Part shown: positions 41,187 through 51,065 of the stretch, piece after piece | Layout: every line of letters begins with the position of its first letter | Position numbering within the stretch: the stretch's first letter is position 1 | Position numbers and translations under genes: made by a program | The notes under the pieces: model-generated | What the model saw: the letters and a program-made list of their open reading frames with translations, nothing else | Database searches by the model: none | Told to the model about the DNA's origin: nothing | DNA from: an archaeon UBA583 | GTDB taxonomy: Archaea; Nanobdellota; Nanobdellia; Woesearchaeales; UBA583 | Direction: 5' to 3' | Assembly (NCBI GenBank): GCA_002506365.1 | Contig: DAXK01000048.1 | Coordinates: 18,627 to 82,626 of the forward strand | DNA length: 64,000 nt

Positions 41187-41834
41187 ATGTCTAAAACAAA
41201 AACTTCAACTGCTCAACTAGCGATAGAATATGTTAAAAAAAATCCAAGTATCGAAACTTGCCTACAAAATGAATTAATTAATTATTCATCTCTTTCAAGA
41301 TTAATTGCTAAAAAACTTGAACTTAAAAATCAAACTTCTATTGACGCAATCTTAATTTCACTAAGAAGATACCAAAAAGAACTAACTTCAAAAAAAGAAT
41401 CTCAAAAACCAATTGAAAATTTATTAAAAAATTCAGACATTGAAATTAAAAATAAAATTGTAAGATTTGTAGTATCTAAACAAATTGAAATTGAAAAAAT
41501 CTTTGAACTTCAAAAACAAATTAAAACTCAATTTGGATTATTCTATGTATTTGAAGGAAGTGATAATTACACAATAATTACTCAAGAAAAATACTTTGAT
41601 TTATGTTCTGAAAACTTTATAGATAAAATTATTTATTCAGGAAAAGACTTAGCATTTGTAATGATAAATTCTCCTCCAGAAATTGAAGAAATAACTGGAG
41701 TAATATCATATATTACAAGATTATTTTCAGACTATAATGTTAATGCTTTAGAAATATTATCTTTCTGGAAAGATACATTTATTGTAATTGAAAAAAAAGA
41801 TATTCAAAAAGTATTAGAATTTTTAGAATTTTAA
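41187..41834 (+). CDS. ACT-domain protein, paralog of 39705..40361
   Basis: LINYSSLSR...ISLRRY and C-terminal ACT (GVISYI...VNALEILS). Confidence 0.7.
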   Translation: MSKTKTSTAQLAIEYVKKNPSIETCLQNELINYSSLSRLIAKKLELKNQTSIDAILISLRRYQKELTSKKESQKPIENLLKNSDIEIKNKIVRFVVSKQIEIEKIFELQKQIKTQFGLFYVFEGSDNYTIITQEKYFDLCSENFIDKIIYSGKDLAFVMINSPPEIEEITGVISYITRLFSDYNVNALEILSFWKDTFIVIEKKDIQKVLEFLEF

Positions 41835-41840
41835 TAATCT

Positions 41841-42797
41841 TTAATTTTTAACATCTAAAAATTTATCTAAAATTGTTAATTTCATTCCCTTAGAAATATC
41901 AAACTCAACATTTGCATAAAGAGGTAAAAATGCGTGTGGAAAATAATGTCCAAACTCATCTATTTTCATAATTGGAAAATCATATTCTTTTAACAAATTA
42001 AAAACAATATCCTCATAATTAATATGGGACTCAGTTTCCTCACCATCAAACTCAAAAATATGTCCAATAACTAAAGCTGATATTTTATCAAAAACTCCAA
42101 CTTGTTTTAATTGCGTAATTCTTGCAATTAAACCTGAAACATCTGGTTTATGATCCTCTAAAAACAAAACCTTTTTATCAAAATCTGGAAAAAAAGGAGT
42201 TCCAAGTAATTTTAAAATTGATTTTGAATTACAACCAACAATTTCTCCAGAAAATTTCATAGAATCATTCTCACGCATAAACTTCCACGGGAAATATGGA
42301 ACAATATCAGATTCACCCTTAAACAATCTTTCTTGAAAAAATTGTTGAGTATATTCATAATCAAACTCTTTTTTATTTCCATACTTAGCATCACACCCAT
42401 GAAAAGTATAAAAACCACACTTTTTAGAAATTGCCATTAACAAAACATCACAATCAGATTTCCCAACAATAATTTTAGGATTTTTAGAAATTAAATCATA
42501 ATCTAAATAAGGTAATAACTCATTACAAGTTTGCCCACCTTGAAATAACCAAATTGCAGAAATATTTGGATCAGAAAACATTTCATTAATATAATCTGCT
42601 CTCTCTTTTGGAGAACTTGAAGATACATTAAATTCATCAGATTTCCCAAAATCTGAACTAAATACAACTTTTAATCCTACTTCTCTCATATATGATACAA
42701 AATTACTAGCTAGTTCTTTATCATCAGAACTTACTTTTTTAGAAGGTGCTACAACTCCAACTGTATCCCCTCTTTTTAATCCATTAACTTTAAGCAT
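41841..42797 (-). CDS. S66 LD-carboxypeptidase/MccF-family peptidase
   Basis: LKRGDTVGVVAPS, ERA, GG, catalytic GKSD, FLED, FGH. Confidence 0.88.
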   Translation of the reverse strand: MLKVNGLKRGDTVGVVAPSKKVSSDDKELASNFVSYMREVGLKVVFSSDFGKSDEFNVSSSSPKERADYINEMFSDPNISAIWLFQGGQTCNELLPYLDYDLISKNPKIIVGKSDCDVLLMAISKKCGFYTFHGCDAKYGNKKEFDYEYTQQFFQERLFKGESDIVPYFPWKFMRENDSMKFSGEIVGCNSKSILKLLGTPFFPDFDKKVLFLEDHKPDVSGLIARITQLKQVGVFDKISALVIGHIFEFDGEETESHINYEDIVFNLLKEYDFPIMKIDEFGHYFPHAFLPLYANVEFDISKGMKLTILDKFLDVKN

Positions 42798-42878
42798 AAA
42801 AAATTAAATTATCTAAACTTTAAAAATATGATTAATTTAAAACGCAGATTTATAAATTTAAAAAATTAAAATAATTTT

Positions 42879-43295
42879 ATGGACATTTATTTATACCCAC
42901 ATAATGAACTTTTTAAAGAGGATAAATTAAAACAAGTAAGTGAATACTTAAAATCAAGATATTTTATTTTACAAAAAACTGCAGCTTTTTGTGATTCTTC
43001 TGAGTTTTTCATATTAAAAGATACTGAAAAAAGTGAAAACAGAAATAGTTATTGTAGTATTGAATTAATGAAAAATACTATTCAAATTAATTTCCCAGTT
43101 AAAGATGAAGATTTCAAATTACTAGAAAATTTAAAACCAATTAGTTTTGAAAAACATTTTTTTCTCGATACAATGAAATTTATAGTAGAAACATTACATC
43201 CTGAAGAATGGAGCACAAGTTCTATTCCAGCATATGTTGGAATGGTGTATGATTTTCATAATAAAATACTATTCACGCCTAGTAGATATAAATAA
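42879..43295 (+). CDS. Hypothetical protein
   Basis: 138 aa with ATG and an upstream TATA box. Confidence 0.45.
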   Translation: MDIYLYPHNELFKEDKLKQVSEYLKSRYFILQKTAAFCDSSEFFILKDTEKSENRNSYCSIELMKNTIQINFPVKDEDFKLLENLKPISFEKHFFLDTMKFIVETLHPEEWSTSSIPAYVGMVYDFHNKILFTPSRYK

Positions 43296-43358
43296 ACATA
43301 ATTATATAATTTATATAATCAATTTATCTTATCTCTTAAAAATTAATTAAATTAATAA

Positions 43359-44114
43359 TTATAAAGTATCAACAAACCAATTAACAACTAACTTATTTGT
43401 TCTCTCTAAATTTAAACCTAAACTATGATTTTCACCTTCAATAATATCAATTTTTTTATTTTCAACTTTTAATAAATTAAATGCATTTTCACTATGTTTA
43501 AATGGAATTACTTTATCTTTTGTTCCATGAATTAAATAACAAGAGATATTAACATTCTCCATAATTTCTTTTTGATCAACATTATGTCTTTCAACCTCCA
43601 TTTTTTCAGAAATATCGTAAACTCTATCATTTTTATCAGTAACTCTCATAAAACCATTTCTATGCATCTCATCAACTTTTTCCTTTCCAAATCTATCCTC
43701 AAACAAATAAGAAATCTTATCTGTAACTGGAGCTAATAAACAAATTGACTTTAATTTTTCTAAACTTTGATTTAAAGTAATAACTCCTCCAAGTGAATGT
43801 CCGCAAACACCAATATTTTGATATCCTTGATACCTCACATACGAAAGTATACATCGAACATCCATAATTCCTGAACTTATAGAAATTTGCTCTGAATCTG
43901 AATCTCCACTCCCTGACAAATCAAAAGAAAACACATTAATATTTTTTTCAACTAACAAATTTGCAAGTTCCACAAATTTACCCTTCCTTTTACGCTCAGA
44001 CATAAAACCATGAACTAATACAACAACTTTATTTTTATTTTTATCACTAGTACAATAAAAATCTCCAACTAAAGTTTTTCCTAAAAGATTTTTAATCTCT
44101 ACAACTTCACTCAT
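43359..44114 (-). CDS. Alpha/beta hydrolase
   Basis: VHGF, DLSGSGDS, GHSLGG, HGTKD, H; ATG 44114 preceded by GAGGT. Confidence 0.88.
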   Translation of the reverse strand: MSEVVEIKNLLGKTLVGDFYCTSDKNKNKVVVLVHGFMSERKRKGKFVELANLLVEKNINVFSFDLSGSGDSDSEQISISSGIMDVRCILSYVRYQGYQNIGVCGHSLGGVITLNQSLEKLKSICLLAPVTDKISYLFEDRFGKEKVDEMHRNGFMRVTDKNDRVYDISEKMEVERHNVDQKEIMENVNISCYLIHGTKDKVIPFKHSENAFNLLKVENKKIDIIEGENHSLGLNLERTNKLVVNWFVDTL

Positions 44115-45063
44115 TTTTAACCTCACAACAATTAAAATTTAAATTCTCCAAAATAAAAATAAATTCCTTTAATTTAATTTTATGATCAACTAATTTACAA
44201 ATACTTGGCAAAATTACTAAATCATCAAATAAATTTGAATTATTTTTTTGCATTTTAATTAATGAATAAATAGAATTCAAACCTTCAACAGTGTAATCAA
44301 TTTTTTCTAAACTTGAATTAACATCTCCCTTAACACACACAAGTTCCCCAAACTTAAAATTTCGTGATTCTTCTTGACTTGTAGTCATATACAAATCAGC
44401 TTGTAATAATGGATTAGTTAAACAATTAACAAAATCTCCTCCAAACTTTTCTACAATTGATGAAATTTCACAATAAATTTTACTTGCAACTGAATACTTA
44501 AAATTCAAAGACTCAAACTCACCAAAACTAATACCACAAACAAAAGCTGCAACATTTTTCAAAGCTGAAGTAATTTCAAAACTTAAAATATCACTTGAAT
44601 ATGAACAAATATTTTTACAAAATAATTTTGAAAATTCTTTAGCTACAAAAATATCAAATCCTGAAATATTTAATCTTGTAATATTTGGATTAATCATAAT
44701 CTCACTTGCAAACCCAGGCCCTGCCAAATAACAAATATTATCTTTATCAAAATATTCTCTAAACAAAGAACTTAACAATTTTCCATCACTAGAAAATCCT
44801 TTAGTTCCGATTAAAACTTTTTGACTTTCCTTAAAAAAACACACATATTGTTTCAAAAAATCAAAAATAAACATACTTGGAATTGCAAAAACTAAATAAT
44901 CACAATTCAAAACTTTTTCAATTGAAGAAAAATTAGAAATATCTTTTTTCTCAACATCCCAAATTAAAACATCATTATTTTTATTTAAACACAATAACTT
45001 ATTCAAAGCTGCTCCATAAGCTCCAGCTCCAATAATTCCGATTTTTTTTTTAGACATACTCAT
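44107..45063 (-). CDS. gpsA: NAD(P)H-dependent glycerol-3-phosphate dehydrogenase (bacterial type)
   Basis: GAGAYG, AIPS, TKG, GPGFASE, ALKNV, DL, SRNFKFG, VEG. Confidence 0.88.
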   Translation of the reverse strand: MSMSKKKIGIIGAGAYGAALNKLLCLNKNNDVLIWDVEKKDISNFSSIEKVLNCDYLVFAIPSMFIFDFLKQYVCFFKESQKVLIGTKGFSSDGKLLSSLFREYFDKDNICYLAGPGFASEIMINPNITRLNISGFDIFVAKEFSKLFCKNICSYSSDILSFEITSALKNVAAFVCGISFGEFESLNFKYSVASKIYCEISSIVEKFGGDFVNCLTNPLLQADLYMTTSQEESRNFKFGELVCVKGDVNSSLEKIDYTVEGLNSIYSLIKMQKNNSNLFDDLVILPSICKLVDHKIKLKEFIFILENLNFNCCEVKNE

Positions 45064-45067
45064 TTAT

Positions 45068-45811
45068 CTACTCAAACCCTAATAACTTTTTCTTTTCACT
45101 CAAATAAAAATTTAATAAATAATCTAAATTAACAATATCCTCTTCATTATACTTTAATAAAATTCTTAAAGCTTCCTGGTCACCATTTCTATATCTTCGC
45201 CATAACCTAACGGCCTCACGACCATCAACATCCGCAACTTCACCATCACGCACAATTCCAAGTTCACGCTCAATTTTTTTTAATCCTCCAGCATAACCTA
45301 ACTCTTTTAATAAAAATCTTAAATCAAAATGAACAAAATCAAACTTTTCACCAGATTTTTGTTCAATAAAAGGCATATCAAACTGCTTTCCATTAAAAGT
45401 TACAACTGTATCAAATTCCTTTAACTTTTCAAATCCTTTCTCCATATCCTTATCGTGGATATAAATATGTGGAGTCTCACCATCATAAATTCCTAAAACT
45501 GTTAAAGTATCAGTCCACCTAGATAAACCAGTAGTTTCAATATCTACAAAACAAATTTTCCCTAATTTTTTTAATCTCCAATGTTCATTTAACTTCAATT
45601 TATCAGCAAAATATTTCAAATTATTTTCACCTAAATGTTGTCTAGAAAATGCAATTTCATTTCTAATTGTAGCCTTTTTTTTCTCAGGTATAAAATCAAT
45701 AGAATCATAATTATCAACATAATCTTGCCAAGACTTAATTCCATTCTCCCACAACTTTTTTTCCGTATTTTCTGATACTCCATCAATATGTACAAAAGTA
45801 TTTTCAATCAT
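45068..45811 (-). CDS. YprB-like RNase H-fold exonuclease
   Basis: N-terminal HhH, VDIETTGL, TFNGKQFD, GGLKKIE, YNEEDI; ATG 45811 fits TATA spacing. Confidence 0.85.
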   Translation of the reverse strand: MIENTFVHIDGVSENTEKKLWENGIKSWQDYVDNYDSIDFIPEKKKATIRNEIAFSRQHLGENNLKYFADKLKLNEHWRLKKLGKICFVDIETTGLSRWTDTLTVLGIYDGETPHIYIHDKDMEKGFEKLKEFDTVVTFNGKQFDMPFIEQKSGEKFDFVHFDLRFLLKELGYAGGLKKIERELGIVRDGEVADVDGREAVRLWRRYRNGDQEALRILLKYNEEDIVNLDYLLNFYLSEKKKLLGFE

Positions 45812-45896
45812 AAATAAAATCAAATCTATTGTCTTTAAAAGTATTAGTTACCCATAATTTCAAAACACTTATAAACCTAAAAAACACATAAAAACT

Positions 45897-46466
45897 ATGA
45901 ATAAAATTGTCCCATTATTTAAACAATATGATGAAAAAACTTTCATCTATACTCCAACTCACGGGGAAGTTACAGCCCTTCAAACAATTGCCACATACAC
46001 TGGAGAAAAATATTTCTTAGTTGAAGAACTTCAAACAGTATCCAAACTAATTTCAAATATATATCATGATAACAAAAAAGAAACTCTTGACAAAATAATT
46101 GATAAAAGTTTAAACAACTCATGGGATTTAAGTATTGGTTGTCCTCAAGTAACTACACCAACATTTGGAGTTGAATATACTCTAGACATCACAGAACCAT
46201 TTGAATATTTATTAAAAGAACATGATTTATTACCTCAAGAACTCCCAAGATTATTTCATTCATTTTACATTAATCAATTTTTAGAACAATTTAATGAAAA
46301 AAATAAAGCTCTATTTATACAATTTCCAGATAAATATCTTACAAGGAAAGATGCAATGAGCAAAGCAAATTCAGATACACTTGAACTGTTTTCAATTGGA
46401 AATATAAAAGGATTCAAACAAAATAAAATCATTGGTGAAAATAAAACACTAGAAATAATATTATAA
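45897..46466 (+). CDS. Hypothetical protein
   Basis: 189 aa ORF with TATA box; no motif. Confidence 0.45.
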   Translation: MNKIVPLFKQYDEKTFIYTPTHGEVTALQTIATYTGEKYFLVEELQTVSKLISNIYHDNKKETLDKIIDKSLNNSWDLSIGCPQVTTPTFGVEYTLDITEPFEYLLKEHDLLPQELPRLFHSFYINQFLEQFNEKNKALFIQFPDKYLTRKDAMSKANSDTLELFSIGNIKGFKQNKIIGENKTLEIIL

Positions 46467-46468
46467 AA

Positions 46469-47098
46469 ATGTCAAACAAAATAATCCAACTAAATCAATT
46501 TAGAAAACAACCAACATCATTTGAAAAAAATCAAACTTTAGATTTTGACACATATCTAACTGGGGATGAAATTATTTATAATAAATCACCAAATCAAGAA
46601 TTATTTGAAATATTTATATTTAACTGTGACCCTAAATTAAAACATTGGGAACTATCTCACAACGGACTAAAAGATTTACAACAAATTCAAGAAATCTTTC
46701 CAAAAGATTTAGAAGATACAATTAAACAACTTCAAACATCAAATTTTTATTTTAATGAAACCTTATCTGACTTTGAATACTCTTCAGAAATAATTATACA
46801 AGAAGATAAAATAACAAATCATTTAATCTCACAATATAAATTAAATATCTCAAAAGTAACATCATTAGGATACACAAGATTTTTTCAATTATTCTGTGAT
46901 AGATATAATGGAATTAATGAATTAGATTCTGACTTTGAACTATTCACAAAAGACCAAATTAGATACTTAGCAGTAAAAGAAAATAATCAAAATGTTCTAA
47001 AAACAATAGTAGAATTTCCACAAATAAATGAGGAAAATTTAGAATACTTTTTACAATACTGGAACGATACAGTATTTGATAAAAATTCAAAAATTTAA
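46469..47098 (+). CDS. Hypothetical protein
   Basis: 209 aa ORF starting 2 nt after the upstream stop. Confidence 0.45.
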   Translation: MSNKIIQLNQFRKQPTSFEKNQTLDFDTYLTGDEIIYNKSPNQELFEIFIFNCDPKLKHWELSHNGLKDLQQIQEIFPKDLEDTIKQLQTSNFYFNETLSDFEYSSEIIIQEDKITNHLISQYKLNISKVTSLGYTRFFQLFCDRYNGINELDSDFELFTKDQIRYLAVKENNQNVLKTIVEFPQINEENLEYFLQYWNDTVFDKNSKI

Positions 47099-47144
47099 TA
47101 ATAATTCAAATTAAATAACTTAAAATAAAAAACAAGATCAATAA

Positions 47145-48236
47145 TTATTGAACTCTTTGCCTTGAAGTTTTAATTAATTGACTTCTAATACTATTTCTTA
47201 AATCAACAAGTTCATCAAAATCATAAAAAAAATTAATCTTTTCATCCTTAATCAAACTTAAATCACTTGGTTTTTTACTCAAAACAAACTGTGTAAAACT
47301 CTCAGCAATATCCTCTCCAGGATTAGTAGCTGCATACTCTGTAACAAAATCATTCTCATAACTATAATAATCAACATTATCAATACCATAATCAGCACCT
47401 TTCCAAAATAAATTATAATATTTTTCAAAATAAGAACTTGACTTTAAACAACCTTCACCAGAATAATAATTATAACACTCATCAAAATTAATATCATAAT
47501 CAACTTGATTTTTATTTAATGTTAAAATATGTGCAAATTCATGAATTAATGTATACTGAAATTCCTTTAAATCATTTGGATTATAATCAGCAATATCAAT
47601 TGCTAAAAACCATTTATTCTCATCATTTTCAAGCTGAGAAACGTACGCTAAAGTCTCATCCTTACCATCTGTAAAAACTTTATACTCAAATAAATCTTTA
47701 TCAAAATACTTAGAAGGAATTAAACGAACAAATTCTTTAAACATTAAATTATGAGTTTTAATATCACTTTGGAAATCTAAATACTCATCAGAAACATCAT
47801 CATTATAACCTTCACTTAATAATCCTTTATTAATATCATAACTAGTTAAAGTAATTTCAAGTACTTTTTCAGAATTTTCATCATCATTATAAATATCAAC
47901 ATCTTCAAATTCAGAACCAAAATCTAAATCATCTAATTTATCTAAATACTTATCATATAAAACATCAAACTTATCACACTCTTTATCAGTATCACAAACA
48001 AAATCAACATAACACTCATCAAACTCAGCATCATAACTTTCAAATTCAAAACATCCATTATCGGACACTTCTAATTTTTCTAATCTTGAATTAACAATTT
48101 TATCAAACTCTTTAACACTAATAGAATTTATATTTTCATCATTTTCAATCTCAACACTTTCATTCAAATTATCATCTAAGTTTGCACACCCAGAAAATAA
48201 AATTGAAATAATAATAATACTTAAAATACTTTTCAT
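47145..48236 (-). CDS. Acidic lipoprotein, putative zinc metallopeptidase
   Basis: Lipobox LFSGC; HEFAH zincin motif; FVTEYAATNPGEDIAESF. Confidence 0.75.
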   Translation of the reverse strand: MKSILSIIIISILFSGCANLDDNLNESVEIENDENINSISVKEFDKIVNSRLEKLEVSDNGCFEFESYDAEFDECYVDFVCDTDKECDKFDVLYDKYLDKLDDLDFGSEFEDVDIYNDDENSEKVLEITLTSYDINKGLLSEGYNDDVSDEYLDFQSDIKTHNLMFKEFVRLIPSKYFDKDLFEYKVFTDGKDETLAYVSQLENDENKWFLAIDIADYNPNDLKEFQYTLIHEFAHILTLNKNQVDYDINFDECYNYYSGEGCLKSSSYFEKYYNLFWKGADYGIDNVDYYSYENDFVTEYAATNPGEDIAESFTQFVLSKKPSDLSLIKDEKINFFYDFDELVDLRNSIRSQLIKTSRQRVQ

Positions 48237-48319
48237 AATAACATAAAAATTAATCTCCTTAAAAATATTATTAACTAAAATAAAAAACTATTTAACTATC
48301 AAAATATTATAATACTCAA

Positions 48320-48727
48320 ATGTTAATTCAAACCGTAAACCTAATTCCACTAAATCAGGATAAAACAAAAATATTATTATTCAAAAGAGCAGATTTAGGA
48401 GAAAATTTAAATAAATGGTGTCTGCCTGGTGGAACTTTAAATCAATTTGAAAAATCTCAAAGAGGATTAGAGAGAGAAATTTACGAAGAAACAGGATGTG
48501 AAATATCAAAACTCAGATTTTTTAGAGAATATAAATCTTTTATGGAACAATCGGAAATCCAATCAAAATACTATAGTGGAAACTTATTTGGTAAAATCGA
48601 ATTAAATCCTTATGAACTATCTGAACATAAATGGTTTAAACTAAATTCATGTCTTAAAAAATTAGATTTCGCATTTAACCATAAAGAAGTAATATTTAAT
48701 TATATTGATTCTAAAAAATATTATTAA
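48320..48727 (+). CDS. NUDIX hydrolase
   Basis: WCLPGG...E...GLEREIYEETG Nudix box; FAFNH. Confidence 0.9.
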   Translation: MLIQTVNLIPLNQDKTKILLFKRADLGENLNKWCLPGGTLNQFEKSQRGLEREIYEETGCEISKLRFFREYKSFMEQSEIQSKYYSGNLFGKIELNPYELSEHKWFKLNSCLKKLDFAFNHKEVIFNYIDSKKYY

Positions 48728-48743
48728 TATTTTAATAAAACCT

Positions 48744-49844
48744 TTATTTTTTATAAAATACATCAATATTAATTGGTTCTCCACCAAGCTTACCAAATCT
48801 TTGGGAACCTAATTGTGAATGGAAATGCTTTCTTTGACTCGCAGGTTTCATTTCTTCTAAAGTATTTTCTCTAAAAAATACTCCATCTTTTATCATTTGA
48901 GTTTTTTCTTCAACTGATTTTCCAAGTAAAACATAATCAGGACTAGTATCCATACAAACAGACATTTTACCCTCAGGCATAATTCTTAATTTATGACAAC
49001 CTCCGCAAGCATATCTATCAGTATGCATAGATAAAACTCCAACATTTACACCCGTATCACCAACAGTAAAATAACTATATGATGGATTATCTCCTTCAAT
49101 ATTTTTTCTATGCATTGGAGTTAAAGGCCCAATTCTCTCAAGTGCGGAAATAATTTCATCACGTTGAACCATTTCATTTTCCCAATAATTTCTCCCATGA
49201 TCTTGTAATTGAGCAGGATTTGAAGCAAAAAATTGATTTAACTTTAAAACTAATTCTCCCTTATTATCTCTAGAATTAATATCTTGAACATATCTAACCA
49301 TATTTTCAATTTCAGGTAAAGTGGATCTCATAGTACAACAACTCATCTTAGTAATACCAGACATTTTTTCAACAGAATCCTCTAAAGAACTTAAAACTCT
49401 AGGTAAAATATCCTTTTTAGTTAAATGATAAAATCTTTCTTTATCTAAAGTATCCAAACTAACAATAACTCTAGTTAAACCATTCTCAATACACTCATCT
49501 AAATTTTTATATAGATTATACCCATTTGTTGTAACAACTTGTTTTTCAAATCCAACATCCTGAGCAGCTTTAACACAATCTACAAAATCACGCCTAACAG
49601 TAGGCTCACCACCAGTCCAATGAACTCTTTTAATTCCATTATTATTAGAAGCTTGTAAAATTTGAGTAACCTCCTCTAAAGAGATTTCACTCTGTCTTGG
49701 GAAACCTCCCTCAGGAGCACAATATGTACAACTAAAATTACAATTTGGGGTAAGTCCAAATCGTACATGCCATTTATTCATTTCATCCCCTTCAAACATA
49801 TGTGAATAACCAAATTCTCTCTCTATTCCTGATTTATCAACCAT
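48744..49844 (-). CDS. Radical SAM protein, divergent MoaA-like (twitch domain)
   Basis: CNFSCTYC, TGGEP, TTNG, VSLD, CGGC..LR...G...C; several MoaA substrate residues altered and GG not terminal. Confidence 0.75.
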   Translation of the reverse strand: MVDKSGIEREFGYSHMFEGDEMNKWHVRFGLTPNCNFSCTYCAPEGGFPRQSEISLEEVTQILQASNNNGIKRVHWTGGEPTVRRDFVDCVKAAQDVGFEKQVVTTNGYNLYKNLDECIENGLTRVIVSLDTLDKERFYHLTKKDILPRVLSSLEDSVEKMSGITKMSCCTMRSTLPEIENMVRYVQDINSRDNKGELVLKLNQFFASNPAQLQDHGRNYWENEMVQRDEIISALERIGPLTPMHRKNIEGDNPSYSYFTVGDTGVNVGVLSMHTDRYACGGCHKLRIMPEGKMSVCMDTSPDYVLLGKSVEEKTQMIKDGVFFRENTLEEMKPASQRKHFHSQLGSQRFGKLGGEPINIDVFYKK

Positions 49845-49967
49845 ACCTTCTCTGTGTTTTCGATATTTATAAAATTTACTTAACGAGATATTTATTTATA
49901 CTTTAAATTAGTTACATTTAAATAATTTGAAAATCATACTTAAATATAATTCATAAAAAATTCAAAA

Positions 49968-50993
49968 ATGGAACAAACATTTTATATTATTAAACCTGAA
50001 GCTATTAATTGTTCTGATCAAATTAACTTCCAAATTTCATCAGAATTTAAAATTGTTGAAAAAACTAAAATTGCTTTAACTGAAAATGATTTAAAATATT
50101 TAGCTAAATATGATTTAGGTTATTTACAAGATCCAAATTTATTTGAAACATTTAAATTTTTTATGCGACAAGATGTTGTTCAAGTTGGTATATTAGAAAA
50201 ATTTAATGCCATTAAAGATTTTCAAAATTTATGTGGTTTACTTCCAAATCCAAAAGATAATTTAAGTTCCACATTAAGAAATCAATATGGAAAACCAACT
50301 CAAAGTTATAATGGAATTCAATTTTTTTTAAATGCAATTCACAAATCCCAAGACACAACTGAAGCTCAACATGAAATAGATTTATTTCATACTTCATTAA
50401 AAAAAAGAACACTATTAGAAAATTCAAAAGAACTTGCTAAAAGAGTTTATGATTATCCTCATTCTAATACACACAAAGCATATTTAGAAAGCCTTGATAC
50501 AATATGGAATCATCACATTATACCAGTTGTAGATTCAGTTCAAAATCATAATAAACATTATGATTTTAACTTAGAAGAAACATTAATTGCAGGATACTTT
50601 CACGATGTTGGAAGAATTATAGGTGATGATGATAATCACCATACAATCGGTGCTGAATATATGAGTGAAAAACTATTAAACTTAGGAGTTTCACAAAATA
50701 AAATTGAAAGAATTTATGATACAGTATTAAACCATAGAGGTTCAGTCCCAGTAAATAGAAAAACTATTGAATCTCAAGTTTTAGCATCAGCAGATGGATT
50801 TGCAACAATCCAATATTTCCCCTTAGTATTTCATTCATCATATTCAAAACATAACTTAAAAATTTCAAATGGAGTTTCAAAAGCAAAAATAAAACTTCAA
50901 AAAGCATGGAATAAATTAATGCCAGAAATAAAACCACAAATAAAAGAAACATATAGTTTATTAGAAAAAACTCTAACAACTATGGAAAATTAA
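49968..50993 (+). CDS. Nucleoside-diphosphate kinase - HD phosphohydrolase fusion
   Basis: NDK: TFYIIKPEA, TLRNQYG, NAIHKS; HD: HH...GYFHDVGR...HHTIGA...NH...ADG. Confidence 0.8.
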   Translation: MEQTFYIIKPEAINCSDQINFQISSEFKIVEKTKIALTENDLKYLAKYDLGYLQDPNLFETFKFFMRQDVVQVGILEKFNAIKDFQNLCGLLPNPKDNLSSTLRNQYGKPTQSYNGIQFFLNAIHKSQDTTEAQHEIDLFHTSLKKRTLLENSKELAKRVYDYPHSNTHKAYLESLDTIWNHHIIPVVDSVQNHNKHYDFNLEETLIAGYFHDVGRIIGDDDNHHTIGAEYMSEKLLNLGVSQNKIERIYDTVLNHRGSVPVNRKTIESQVLASADGFATIQYFPLVFHSSYSKHNLKISNGVSKAKIKLQKAWNKLMPEIKPQIKETYSLLEKTLTTMEN

Positions 50994-51065
50994 TATATTG
51001 ATAATTTTATCTTTAATTTATATAACTAAAAAAATAGAATTAATTTTCTTTGAAAATTAATAAAA

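Noticed and set aside
48744..49844. Calling this gene moaA or a viperin
   Set aside because: It lacks the terminal GG and several MoaA residues, and also lacks the viperin N-x-H motif before CxxxCxxC; left unnamed
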